From a bacterium (GTDB lineage: Bacteria > Bacteroidota > Bacteroidia > Bacteroidales > UBA932), in NCBI GenBank assembly GCA_963613775.1, contig CAVEAQ010000001.1, forward strand, positions 1-56,329: a stretch of DNA of 56,329 nt, written 5' to 3'. Below are positions 47,535-56,329 of this stretch, one piece after another (the stretch's first letter is position 1; every line of letters starts with the position of its first letter). Position numbers and translations under genes: made by a program. Below the pieces are notes generated by a model. The model saw nothing but the letters and a program-made list of their open reading frames with translations. It was not told where the DNA came from and made no database searches.

Positions 47535-47614
47535 GCGGGTGTGTTGTAATGGTAGCCAAGCCAGACTTAGGATCTGGTGCCTCGTGCGTATGGGTTCGAG
47601 TCCCTTCACCCGCA
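47535..47614 (+). tRNA. tRNA-Leu (anticodon TAG), CCA not encoded
   Basis: Acceptor GCGGGTG/CACCCGC-A, anticodon arm CCAGA-CTTAGGA-TCTGG, variable arm, GGTTCGAGTCC T-arm. Confidence 0.95.
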
Positions 47615-47643
47615 CTTCTGAAATAACGCTGAGACTCACTGGT

Positions 47644-48228
47644 ATGAAAAGACTTTTGCTGTTTTCTGCGATGCTGCTGTGCACGTCGCTGCTGTCCGCA
47701 AATGGGCAGACATCCTCCGGATATACTCCGGACTACCGTCTGGAAGTCCGTGCCGGCTGGGGTGCAGTACCGTTCGTCAATGCCATTCTCTACGGAATCA
47801 CCTCATTGAGCCACATCTCCGGCGAAGCCGATGACAGTCAGAAAGACAGCGGCATCGCCACAGGCGATCTGTCGCTTGAAGTCTCCTGCAAGCTCAAGCG
47901 CTGGCTCTCGGTGGGAGTGGATCTGAGCTGGCAGGGCTTCAACTCCAGACTCGGCGGCGAGACTGCGGGGCATTCCCTCGATTTGGTGGCGATTATGCCG
48001 AACGTGACGATGAACTACCTCACCGGAGAGAAATGCACCCTCTACGCAAAAGCTGAAGTCGGCGCAGCCTACTACAAATACGACTGCACCGACAACAATT
48101 CTCTTCAGTTCGCCTTCCAGATTTCGCCGATAGGCGTCACTTTCGGACACAGGTTCTACGGATTTGCGGAGCTCTCCGCCGGCCTGCTCTACCAGGGAGG
48201 CAAGATAGGCGCAGGCTACCGCTTCTAA
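47644..48228 (+). CDS. Small outer-membrane beta-barrel protein
   Basis: Signal peptide MKRLLLF (start 47644); [12 protein letters not shown], terminal GYRF. Confidence 0.8.
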   Translation: MKRLLLFSAMLLCTSLLSANGQTSSGYTPDYRLEVRAGWGAVPFVNAILYGITSLSHISGEADDSQKDSGIATGDLSLEVSCKLKRWLSVGVDLSWQGFNSRLGGETAGHSLDLVAIMPNVTMNYLTGEKCTLYAKAEVGAAYYKYDCTDNNSLQFAFQISPIGVTFGHRFYGFAELSAGLLYQGGKIGAGYRF

Positions 48229-50699
48229 ATACCTTCAGCCAGAGTCACGGTCACTTCCTGACCGGGCACGGTCTCGATGTCGTAGAGGTATCCCTGCGGG
48301 ATCTCTGGACCTCGGAGCGACGCTTTAGGGCTGACGATCGGGCGGAGCACCTCCTGCGATGCGAAGAGCGGATTAGGGTTATCGCTGCCATCCCTGACTT
48401 CCTTCAGACCTTCGCCCTGCAGCCTGGCATAGGAGCGGATGCGGAGGTTGCCGCCTATAGTGGAGCGGATGACCGCCTTCCGGATGGTGTTGCCGTCCCA
48501 CTCGAGGCTCTCGATCTCAAAGCCGCCGCGGGCCCTCAAGCCCTTGACGGATCCCTTCTTCCACGCATCCGGGAGGGCAGGCAGGAGATGCACTGCTCCG
48601 TCGTGGCTCTGCAGGAGCATCTCGGCGATACCTGCAGTGCAGCCGAAGTTGCCGTCGATCTGGAACGGCGGATGCGCGTCGAAGAGGTTTGGATAGGTTC
48701 CCCCGGCCTGGCCTTTCTGCACCGTCGGATCCACGTGGTTCAGCTGGTCCTTGATCATCTTGAGGGCGTGGTTGCCGTCGAGCATACGGGCCCAGCAGCA
48801 GACCTTCCAGCCCATAGACCAGCCTGTGGAGGCGTCTGTGCGCTGCACAAGGGTATTGCGCACCGCATCGAAGAGCAGCGGAGTGCGGTAGGCGGTAATC
48901 TGACTTCCCGGGAAGAATCCCCAAAGATGGGAGATATGGCGATGATGGTCATCAGGGTCGTCCCAATCCTGGGCCCACTCCTGAAGCTGTCCGTACTGTC
49001 CCACCTGCATAGGCGTCAGGCGGCGGCGCAGAGTGCGCAGGGTGTCGCTGAACTCGCTGTCCACTCCGAGGATTCCGGAGGCCGTTTCTATATTGGAGAA
49101 GAGGTCGGAGAGCAGCTGGTTGTCCATCGTGACTCCGGACTGCAGGTTGCCGTCCTGGGACTTCGGCTTGTTCTCCGGCGAGCTGGAAGGCACAACCACC
49201 AGATAGCCGGTGTTCGGGTCCTCCACGAGGAAGTCCACGAAGAACTCGGCAGCTCCCTTCATAATCGGGTAGATCTCGGCAAGATACTCCTTGTCGCCGC
49301 TATAGAGATACCTCTCCCAGAGGTGCTGGCACACCCACGCGCCGCCTGTCGGCCAAATGCCGCAATATGCGCGGTCCAGGGCTCCGGTGCAGCGCCAGAG
49401 GTCAGTGTTGTGGTGCAGCACCCAGCCGCGGCAGCCATACTGCACGCGCGCTGTCTCGGCTCCGCTCTCAGAGACTTCCCTGACCATCCGGATGAACGGC
49501 TCGTGAAGCTCGGCCAGGTTGGTGACCTCCGCCGGCCAGTAGTTCATCTCGGCGTTGATGTTGGTAGTGTAGTTGCAGTTCCACGGCGGAGAGACTTTCT
49601 TATTCCACTTGCCCTGCAGGTTGGCAGGCTGGCAGCCCGGCTGCGAAGAGGAGATCAGCAGATATCTGCCGTAGTTGAAATACAGGGTAACGAGCTGGTT
49701 GTCAGAAGTCCAAGGGATTGAAACGGTACGATGGACAGTGGTCTTGGAGTCGCCGTCGTAGTCGGAGGCAAGCTCAAACTTCACCCTGTCGTACTGGGCC
49801 TTGTAGGCCGCCACGTGGGCGGCGCGCGCCTTGTCGTACTTGCGGGAAGAATTCTTCATATAGCTCTCGCAGCGCTTCACTTCGTCGGCTGAGATATCCT
49901 TGTAGTTGACGAAGTTGGTCGCCATTGAGACATAGATGAGCAGTTCGCTGGCCTTCTCGACCTTCAGGCTGTCGCCCTCGGCAATGACCTTGCCACCCCG
50001 GTTGACAGCCTTGACATCGGTGCAGTAGCGGAGCGCCCCGCCCTTGATCCCCTGGCCGTCACCTGACGCGCCTTCCATCCTGATGGTCTTGCCGCGTGCA
50101 CTGACAGCCGGCTCCGGCATCGGAGTACTGAGCGAGAGAGCACAGTTGATCGCGCCCTTGCGGGAAGCGGTCAGCCGGACGATGATGAGTTGATCCGTCA
50201 GGGAAGCGAAGGCCTCCTGGACATATTCCACATCCCGCACCTTATAGCGGGTGGTAGTGGTGGCGTTGTCTATGTCGAGCTCGCGGTAGTAGTCGGTGAA
50301 TCCCGCGTGGTCCGGGAAACTTATGTTGAGCGATCCGGCCGTCTGATAAGGCATCTCCTGACCCACAGGGGAGAGAAGCTTCTCGGTGCCGATATTCTGC
50401 GCTTCAGCGGACTTTCCCGCCCATATCAGTTCGCGAACCTGCTGAAGGTACTTCGGCCCCTCCGGGTTGGCGTTGCTGTACGGACGGCCCGCGGAGATGG
50501 TCTCCTCGTTGAGCTGTATCTCCTCCTTCTCGGCACCGCCGAACACCATCGCCGCAAGCCGGCCGTTGCCAATCGGCAGAGCTTCCTCCCAGTATTCGGC
50601 CGGTTTATCATACCACAGTCTGTTCCTCTGCGCACAGAGAGGCAGTGCAGAGAGCAGCGCGAGCGCCGCAGTCAGAAAATGTATCAGGGTTCGTTTCAT
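48225..50699 (-). CDS. GH95 alpha-L-fucosidase-like glycoside hydrolase
   Basis: [50 protein letters not shown]; signal peptide from 50699. Confidence 0.94.
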   Translation of the reverse strand: MKRTLIHFLTAALALLSALPLCAQRNRLWYDKPAEYWEEALPIGNGRLAAMVFGGAEKEEIQLNEETISAGRPYSNANPEGPKYLQQVRELIWAGKSAEAQNIGTEKLLSPVGQEMPYQTAGSLNISFPDHAGFTDYYRELDIDNATTTTRYKVRDVEYVQEAFASLTDQLIIVRLTASRKGAINCALSLSTPMPEPAVSARGKTIRMEGASGDGQGIKGGALRYCTDVKAVNRGGKVIAEGDSLKVEKASELLIYVSMATNFVNYKDISADEVKRCESYMKNSSRKYDKARAAHVAAYKAQYDRVKFELASDYDGDSKTTVHRTVSIPWTSDNQLVTLYFNYGRYLLISSSQPGCQPANLQGKWNKKVSPPWNCNYTTNINAEMNYWPAEVTNLAELHEPFIRMVREVSESGAETARVQYGCRGWVLHHNTDLWRCTGALDRAYCGIWPTGGAWVCQHLWERYLYSGDKEYLAEIYPIMKGAAEFFVDFLVEDPNTGYLVVVPSSSPENKPKSQDGNLQSGVTMDNQLLSDLFSNIETASGILGVDSEFSDTLRTLRRRLTPMQVGQYGQLQEWAQDWDDPDDHHRHISHLWGFFPGSQITAYRTPLLFDAVRNTLVQRTDASTGWSMGWKVCCWARMLDGNHALKMIKDQLNHVDPTVQKGQAGGTYPNLFDAHPPFQIDGNFGCTAGIAEMLLQSHDGAVHLLPALPDAWKKGSVKGLRARGGFEIESLEWDGNTIRKAVIRSTIGGNLRIRSYARLQGEGLKEVRDGSDNPNPLFASQEVLRPIVSPKASLRGPEIPQGYLYDIETVPGQEVTVTLAEGI

Positions 50700-50719
50700 C
50701 GATATGGTTATTAGTCCCG

Positions 50720-50757
50720 CAAAGATAGTCATTCTTTTTCGGCATTTTGTATCTTTG
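50720..50757. promoter_or_regulatory. Back-to-back -7 boxes for GH95 (minus, 50720-50727) and the RluA-family gene (plus, 50750-50757)
   Basis: TATCTTTG on both strands. Confidence 0.68.
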
Positions 50758-50761
50758 CACC

Positions 50762-51505
50762 ATGATTTACAGGCAGCTTACAGAGCAGGAGTTCGAGGAC
50801 TTCGGCAGCAGAATCCTCTACGAGGACAATCACATCCTGATAGTCAACAAGAAAGTAGGAGAGATCACCCAGGGCGACAGGACCGGTGACGAATGCCTTG
50901 CCGAGTCCTACAAAGCCTACATCGCGCAGAGGGACTCCAAGCCGGGACAGGTCTTCCTCGGCGTGCCGCACAGGCTCGACAGACCCGTCTGCGGCATATG
51001 CATACTCGCCAAGACCTCCAAGGCGCTCGAACGGCTCGCCGCGATGTTCCGCGACGGAGAGATCCACAAGCGCTACTGGGCGCTGTGCTGCAGCAAGCCG
51101 GAGCCGCCTCAGGGACAGCTGAGCGGCTGGCTCTCCCGCAACGAGAAGCAGAACAAGTCCTACATCATCGCCCCCGGCTCAGCTCCAAAGCCGTCAGGCC
51201 GCGGCGATGCCAAGCTCGCCACCCTCAACTACCGCTATCTGCTCAGCACCGAGAGATATCACCTGGTGGAGGTCGAGCTCCTCACCGGCAGGCATCACCA
51301 GATCCGCTGCCAGCTGAGCGCCGAAGGCTGGGTGATCAAGGGCGACCTCAAATACGGTGCCCCGCGGTCCAATCCGGACGGCGGTATCTGCCTGCAGTCG
51401 CACGAGGTGGAGTTCATCCACCCTGTCCGCAAGACCGCGATCCACGTTGAAGCCCCCGTTCCTGACGAGTGGAAAGGGGTGAGACAAGCCCTGCACGAAG
51501 CTTGA
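50762..51505 (+). CDS. RluA-family pseudouridine synthase (no S4 domain)
   Basis: [30 protein letters not shown]. Confidence 0.92.
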   Translation: MIYRQLTEQEFEDFGSRILYEDNHILIVNKKVGEITQGDRTGDECLAESYKAYIAQRDSKPGQVFLGVPHRLDRPVCGICILAKTSKALERLAAMFRDGEIHKRYWALCCSKPEPPQGQLSGWLSRNEKQNKSYIIAPGSAPKPSGRGDAKLATLNYRYLLSTERYHLVEVELLTGRHHQIRCQLSAEGWVIKGDLKYGAPRSNPDGGICLQSHEVEFIHPVRKTAIHVEAPVPDEWKGVRQALHEA

Positions 51506-52460
51506 GGGTATATTCGCCGGGAGTCTCTCCCATATTGAGCTTGAATGCCATCGTGAAGGTGACGCTCGAGTGAAAACCCGACTTCTCCGCCAGTTCGATG
51601 ACTGACAGGCGCGGATTGTCCTCAAGGAGTTCCATCGCATACTGGACCCGGTAGCAGTTGACGAACTGACGGAAGTTCTTGCCGGATATGTTGTTGATGG
51701 TCTTCGAGACATAGGTCTTGTTGATATATGTCGTATCTGCCAGATCCTGGATGGAATAGTCCGGGTCGAGAAACGGCCGATGGCTCACCATTATATTGGT
51801 GATCTTCTCGAAGATATTCTTCTCCTTCTCGATCTCTTCCCGATCCTCCCCCGAGAGAGCCTGCCGGGAACTGTCCTCGATATTGCTGATCATCCTCTTC
51901 ACTATCTTCTCCCTCCTGCGGCTCAGCAGCAGGCAGCGGCCTGTGAGAGCGCGGTAATAAAGCAGCACATACAGCAGCAGAAGCAGAGCGGAGAGTAGAT
52001 ACACAACAATCGGATGCCCGGGCAGGGCCACGGCAAGCAGAGCCAGCGTCCCGGTGCAGAGAGAGAGGATCAGCCTCTGATGCGACTCCAGTGAATACCA
52101 GACAGCCTGCGGCCTGAAGAGCGAGCGCAGGACGGAATGCCTGGCACGGAGCCTAAAGATCTGATGTACCAGGATCAGCAGCAGGCAGACAAGCACGCAG
52201 ACCGCGCAGGGGAAGCCGACAAGGGCGCAGCAACCGCTGTCGATCAGCACAAGCAGCGCGAAGATCAGGGATGTGCGTATATCCTCGTCGGCTACCGGAA
52301 GCAGTATCAGCACGGTCGAAGCCGCCAACAGAGCGGCGAATACCGTCTGGCCCCAGGGCATACGGCCGGTCCTTATCCTCGAGACGGCTATCGGAATCAG
52401 AAGGCTGGCGAGCGAGATGATGCGAATCCACAAATGGAAAGAACAGAGTTTTATCTTCAT
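51414..52460 (-). CDS. Membrane-anchored AraC-family regulator
   Basis: Several N-terminal TM helices; PFLDPD..IQDLA, NFRQFVN.YRV, SGFHS..TF..AFK...GETP. Confidence 0.88.
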   Translation of the reverse strand: MKIKLCSFHLWIRIISLASLLIPIAVSRIRTGRMPWGQTVFAALLAASTVLILLPVADEDIRTSLIFALLVLIDSGCCALVGFPCAVCVLVCLLLILVHQIFRLRARHSVLRSLFRPQAVWYSLESHQRLILSLCTGTLALLAVALPGHPIVVYLLSALLLLLYVLLYYRALTGRCLLLSRRREKIVKRMISNIEDSSRQALSGEDREEIEKEKNIFEKITNIMVSHRPFLDPDYSIQDLADTTYINKTYVSKTINNISGKNFRQFVNCYRVQYAMELLEDNPRLSVIELAEKSGFHSSVTFTMAFKLNMGETPGEYTLKLRAGLVSPLSTRQERGLQRGSRSCGQGG

Positions 52461-52491
52461 ACGGAAATAGACTTTGTCCTAAGATAAAACT

Positions 52492-52527
52492 AAAATCCCT
52501 GCCCAGGACCGCAGTCAGGGCAGGGAT
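52492..52527 (-). terminator. Intrinsic terminator after the yitT pair
   Basis: ATCCCTGCCC...GGGCAGGGAT stem with TTT tail on the minus strand. Confidence 0.8.
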
Positions 52528-52545
52528 ATCAAAAAAATTTATGTT

Positions 52546-53490
52546 TCAGTGGCTTAATTTCTGTTTTTTATTGACCTTGATGGTATCGAAGCCCTGGCCA
52601 TAGACTCCGGTCACCGAACTGACGGAGATAAAGGCGTTGGGGTCGATCGCGTTGATGTACTTGAGGAAGATGTTGAGATCGGTCTTGCGGGTGATGATCA
52701 TCAGCACCTGCACGCTGTTCTTGGTGTACCAGCCCTTGCCGTCGAGCACTGTCACTCCGCGGTGCAGATCCTTGACCACGGCATCGGCGATTTCGGCATA
52801 CTTGGATGAGAGCACGAAGATCTGCACGGACTGGCGCGAGCCGGAGAGATAGAGATCGACAACCACACCGTTGGTCAGCACAAGGATGAAACCGTACACG
52901 ATGGTCGTGATCTTGTCGGCCCAGGGCATCGGGGAACCGTCAGGCATATAGGAAGGCACGATGATGGAGGAAAGGATGATGACCACATCCATCATCAGTA
53001 TCATACGGCCCGGGGAGACATTGCGGTACTTGTTGACCATCAGCGCGATGATGTCCGTGCCGCCAGTGCTGCCGCCCTGCGTCATAGTCATCCCGATACC
53101 GATGCCGCACATCATTCCGCCCATTATCGTACACATCAGCTTACCGTTGCCGAGAGCGAGAGTCTCCACAATCGCTTCCGGGATCACGTCCTGGAAGACA
53201 TTGAGCAGAGCGGACGCGACGATGATGGCATAGACAGTCTTCACTCCGAAGCCCTTGCCGAGCACAAAGAGCGAAATTATCAGCAGGACTGAATTGATCA
53301 CGAAATAGCTGTAACCGATCTTGATGCCGGTCGCATACTGGATGATGGATGAAATACCGGTCACACCGCCGCCAATGAGGTTGTTAGGCACGAGGAAGAG
53401 GGTCCATCCCACAGTGTAGGCGACAAGGCCTATGGTGATGAGCAAATACTCCTTGGCTCCGGTCCAGAAAGTTCTGTTAATCAAAGGCAT
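52546..53490 (-). CDS. YitT family membrane protein (DUF2179)
   Basis: [42 protein letters not shown]. Confidence 0.92.
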   Translation of the reverse strand: MPLINRTFWTGAKEYLLITIGLVAYTVGWTLFLVPNNLIGGGVTGISSIIQYATGIKIGYSYFVINSVLLIISLFVLGKGFGVKTVYAIIVASALLNVFQDVIPEAIVETLALGNGKLMCTIMGGMMCGIGIGMTMTQGGSTGGTDIIALMVNKYRNVSPGRMILMMDVVIILSSIIVPSYMPDGSPMPWADKITTIVYGFILVLTNGVVVDLYLSGSRQSVQIFVLSSKYAEIADAVVKDLHRGVTVLDGKGWYTKNSVQVLMIITRKTDLNIFLKYINAIDPNAFISVSSVTGVYGQGFDTIKVNKKQKLSH

Positions 53491-53493
53491 ATA

Positions 53494-54432
53494 CTACTTG
53501 TCCTTCTTGATTTTGTTGATTTTAACGCCTGTCTTAATCTCTTCGAAACCTTCTCCGTAGACGTTATTGGTCGGAGAAATCGACATAAATGCCCGCGGGT
53601 CGGTCTCCTTGATGACCTTGGTCAGGGACGGGAGTTCTTTCTGATTGATAAGGATATAGAGCACGTTCCTGTCTTCTTTGGTATACCAGCCCTGAGCCTT
53701 GAGAAGGGTCACTCCCCTGTCCATATTGTGTATGATATGGTCTGCGATGGCCGCGTACTTCTCGGAGAAGACCATCAGCTGATAGGAGGACCGCTTACCG
53801 CCGACCACCGTGTCGATCATCATCGAGAACACCACCACCTCCTCGAGGCCGTAGCACATATCGGAGAAGTTCTTCTCCGGGAGGAAGAGCAGCAGCGAGC
53901 AGATGATAAGGTCGGCCACAAGGAACGCGGTGCTCAGCGAAACCGGCCAGTACTTGTTGACCATCAGCGCAATGATGTCCGTACCGCCAGTACTTCCGCC
54001 GTAGCGGAGCACGAGACCTATGCCCACGGCTTCGAACACGCCGCCCACGATAGGTATAAGCACCGTCTCCTGGATGAAGAAGAAATTGCCCGGCAGGCAG
54101 TGCAGAAAGGTCAGTTTGGACATCACCTCCATCGCCACCGTGGACATCAGGATACAGTATATTGTCTTGAAACCGAAGCCTATACCCATCGCCAGCACTG
54201 CTATGATGATAAGTGCTGCATTGATGGCGATATAGGAATACTGTGCCTGTACAGCCCCTCCCGTGGCGTACTGGATGATGGTGCAAAGGCCCATCATTCC
54301 ACCGGCCGACATGCTGTTGGGGATCATGAAGCACTCCCAGCAGATGGAGAAGATGAAGCAGGCGACCGTGAGGACAAAGTATTCCCAGATCAGCTTCCTG
54401 ACATCGATTTTTCGCTTGATGTTCAGTGTCAT
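53494..54432 (-). CDS. YitT family membrane protein (DUF2179), paralogue
   Basis: [15 protein letters not shown]...QGWYT, DPRAFM, VYGEGF; ATGA coupling to the leuS stop gives start 54432. Confidence 0.92.
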   Translation of the reverse strand: MTLNIKRKIDVRKLIWEYFVLTVACFIFSICWECFMIPNSMSAGGMMGLCTIIQYATGGAVQAQYSYIAINAALIIIAVLAMGIGFGFKTIYCILMSTVAMEVMSKLTFLHCLPGNFFFIQETVLIPIVGGVFEAVGIGLVLRYGGSTGGTDIIALMVNKYWPVSLSTAFLVADLIICSLLLFLPEKNFSDMCYGLEEVVVFSMMIDTVVGGKRSSYQLMVFSEKYAAIADHIIHNMDRGVTLLKAQGWYTKEDRNVLYILINQKELPSLTKVIKETDPRAFMSISPTNNVYGEGFEEIKTGVKINKIKKDK

Positions 54433-56329
54433 TTGAGGACTATATTGATGATTCTTCCTGGCACGACGATCACCTTGACAATATTCATCCCGGCGGCCCA
54501 TTTCGCGGTCTGCTCCAGACCGCGCACGCTTGCCTCGACTTCGGCAGGGCTTGCGCTCTTGGGCATATCCACGGTGAAGCGCATCTTGCCGTTGAACTGC
54601 ACCGGATAAGTGACATTGTCTTCGGCGGCGTACGCAGCTATATATTCAGGGAAAGAGGCACGGCCGACACTGGTCTCGTGGCCGAGAGCGTGCCAGAGCT
54701 CCTCGCTGATGTGCGGGCAGAACGGAGAGAGCATCACCACGAGACTCTCCAGAATGCCGCGCTTGCTGCACTTCATGGAGGTGAGTTCGTTGACTGCGAT
54801 CATAAACGCGCTGACGGTGGTGTTGTAGGAGAAGTTCTCGATGTCCTCCTGCTCCTTGGCGATGAGTTTGTGGAGGACTTTGAGCTCCGCAGGGCTCGGA
54901 GCATCGTCAGTGACGAGAAAGCGGTCGCGGTCGTAGAAGAGTCTCCAGAACTTGCGGAGGAAGCGGTTGACACCGTCGATCCCCTTGGTATCCCACGGCT
55001 TGCTCTGCTCCACAGGGCCGAGGAACATCTCGTAAAGCCTCAGAGTATCAGCGCCATATGTATCACAGATCATATCTGGATTGACGACATTGAACATCGA
55101 CTTGCTCATCTTCTCCACAGCGTAGCCGCAGATGTACTCCCCGTCCTCGAGTTCAAACTCGGCGTTCTCGAACTCCGGTCTCCACCTTCGGAAGGCCTCG
55201 AGGTCGAGACGGTCGTTGTGCACGATATTGACGTCGACGTGGATCTCGGTGGTCTCGTACTTGTCCTTGAGCCCGAAGGAGACGAACCTGTTGGTCCCGA
55301 CGACACGGTAGACGAAGCTGGAGCGGCCCTGGATCATCCCCTGGTTGATCAGCTTGCGGAACGGCTCGTCCTCACATACATAGCCGAGGTCATAGAGAAA
55401 CTTGTTCCAGAAGCGGGAATAGATGAGGTGGCCTGTGGCGTGCTCTGTTCCACCCACATAAAGGTCCACACTGCGCCAATAGTCATTGGCCTCGCGGCTG
55501 ACGAGAGCCTCGCCGTCGTGAGAGTCCATATAGCGGAGATAGTAGGCACTCGAGCCGGCAAAGCCCGGCATAGTGCTCTTCTCAAGAGGATAGCCCTTGT
55601 AGGTCCAGTCGTTGGCCCTTGCGAGAGGCGGCTCACCGTCGGCGGAAGGCTTGAAGGAGCTGATCTCAGGGAGCTTCAGCGGCAGCTCGGACTCCGGAAG
55701 CGGGGTCGGGATGCCGTCCTTGTAGTAGATAGGGAACGGTTCACCCCAGTATCTCTGGCGGGAGAATATCGCGTCGCGAAGACGGTAGTTGGTCTTGCGG
55801 CGGCCGAGTCCGTGCGCCTCTACATAGTCCTTGGCGGCCTCGATGGCCTGCTTGACGCTCATTCCGTTGAGGAAGCCGGAGTTGCACATCACTCCGTCCT
55901 TGGCGTCGAAGCTCTCCTCGGAGACGTCGCAGCCTTCGATGAGCGGGATGATAGGCAGACCGTACTTCTTGGCGAAGGCATAGTCGCGGCTGTCGTGTGC
56001 AGGCACCGCCATAATGGCGCCGGTGCCGTAGCCGGCAAGTACATATTCCGAAATCCAGATAGGAATCTTGTCGCCCGTGAGAGGGTTGATGCCGTAGGAG
56101 CCGCTGAATACGCCGGTGACCGTCCTGGTCTCGGCAAGCCTCTCCCTCTCGGTCTTCTTCTTGACATAGGCGAGGTATTTCTCCACCTCGTCCCTGCACT
56201 CGGGAGCCGTGAGCTGCTGCACGAGCTCGCTCTCCGGGGCGAGCACCATAAAGGTGACTCCGAAGATCGTGTCGGCCCTGGTGGTGAAGATGGTTATCGG
56301 GAGGTGGCGCTCCCCGCAGACGGTGTCAA
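54429..56329 (-). CDS. leuS: Leucine-tRNA ligase, C-terminal part (5' end outside window)
   Basis: [42 protein letters not shown]; frame open to the window edge. Confidence 0.98.
   Translation of the reverse strand, partial: DTVCGERHLPITIFTTRADTIFGVTFMVLAPESELVQQLTAPECRDEVEKYLAYVKKKTERERLAETRTVTGVFSGSYGINPLTGDKIPIWISEYVLAGYGTGAIMAVPAHDSRDYAFAKKYGLPIIPLIEGCDVSEESFDAKDGVMCNSGFLNGMSVKQAIEAAKDYVEAHGLGRRKTNYRLRDAIFSRQRYWGEPFPIYYKDGIPTPLPESELPLKLPEISSFKPSADGEPPLARANDWTYKGYPLEKSTMPGFAGSSAYYLRYMDSHDGEALVSREANDYWRSVDLYVGGTEHATGHLIYSRFWNKFLYDLGYVCEDEPFRKLINQGMIQGRSSFVYRVVGTNRFVSFGLKDKYETTEIHVDVNIVHNDRLDLEAFRRWRPEFENAEFELEDGEYICGYAVEKMSKSMFNVVNPDMICDTYGADTLRLYEMFLGPVEQSKPWDTKGIDGVNRFLRKFWRLFYDRDRFLVTDDAPSPAELKVLHKLIAKEQEDIENFSYNTTVSAFMIAVNELTSMKCSKRGILESLVVMLSPFCPHISEELWHALGHETSVGRASFPEYIAAYAAEDNVTYPVQFNGKMRFTVDMPKSASPAEVEASVRGLEQTAKWAAGMNIVKVIVVPGRIINIVLK

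Noticed and set aside
47539..47643. N-terminal extension of the 229-aa ORF
   Set aside because: It runs through the tRNA-Leu gene; the real start is the ATG at 47644 with a signal peptide.
47535..50699. Genomic island inserted at tRNA-Leu
   Set aside because: No integrase, no visible duplicate of the tRNA 3' end, and no obvious compositional shift.
1..56329. CRISPR arrays, IS elements, prophage genes, rRNA, or tandem DNA repeat arrays
   Set aside because: None seen by eye; intergenic spacers are all under about 200 nt and are explained by promoters, terminators and leaders.

Overview
A compact, high-GC chromosomal segment from a Bacteroidales bacterium. The TAnnTTTG promoter boxes, A-rich SD-less leaders, TonB-dependent receptor and bS22 all point to this group; a Rikenellaceae/RC9-like lineage is my inference. 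It is almost entirely core genome: DNA repair and recombination (recA partial, recX, xerD, ung, ruvC), translation (rlmN, rsmI, rplY, pth, tyrS, rbfA, serS, rpmA, rplU, rpsU, bS22, tRNA-Leu, leuS partial, two RluA-family synthases), metabolism (tdk, tpiA, glmS, coaD) and envelope or protease genes (patatin-barrel, clostripain, M6 protease, LolE-like, lnt, lon, several barrels). It also carries a TPP-riboswitch thiamine uptake locus and orphan glycoside hydrolases (GH35-like, GH95). Three genes missing from the ORF track were read by hand: recA, an Hc1-like protein and bS22. I see no CRISPR array, prophage, IS element or clear multi-gene novel system. The best leads are small-scale: a stand-alone Mom/Hef-like GNAT gene coupled to tdk, a possible translation-coupled RNA switch between rpmA and serS, a degenerate phosphomannose isomerase heading the glmS operon, a strong SD on rpsU, a sigma54-type site before lon, several apparently leaderless genes, and a structured RNA after the Hc1-like gene. 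All family assignments are motif recognition by eye, not database results.
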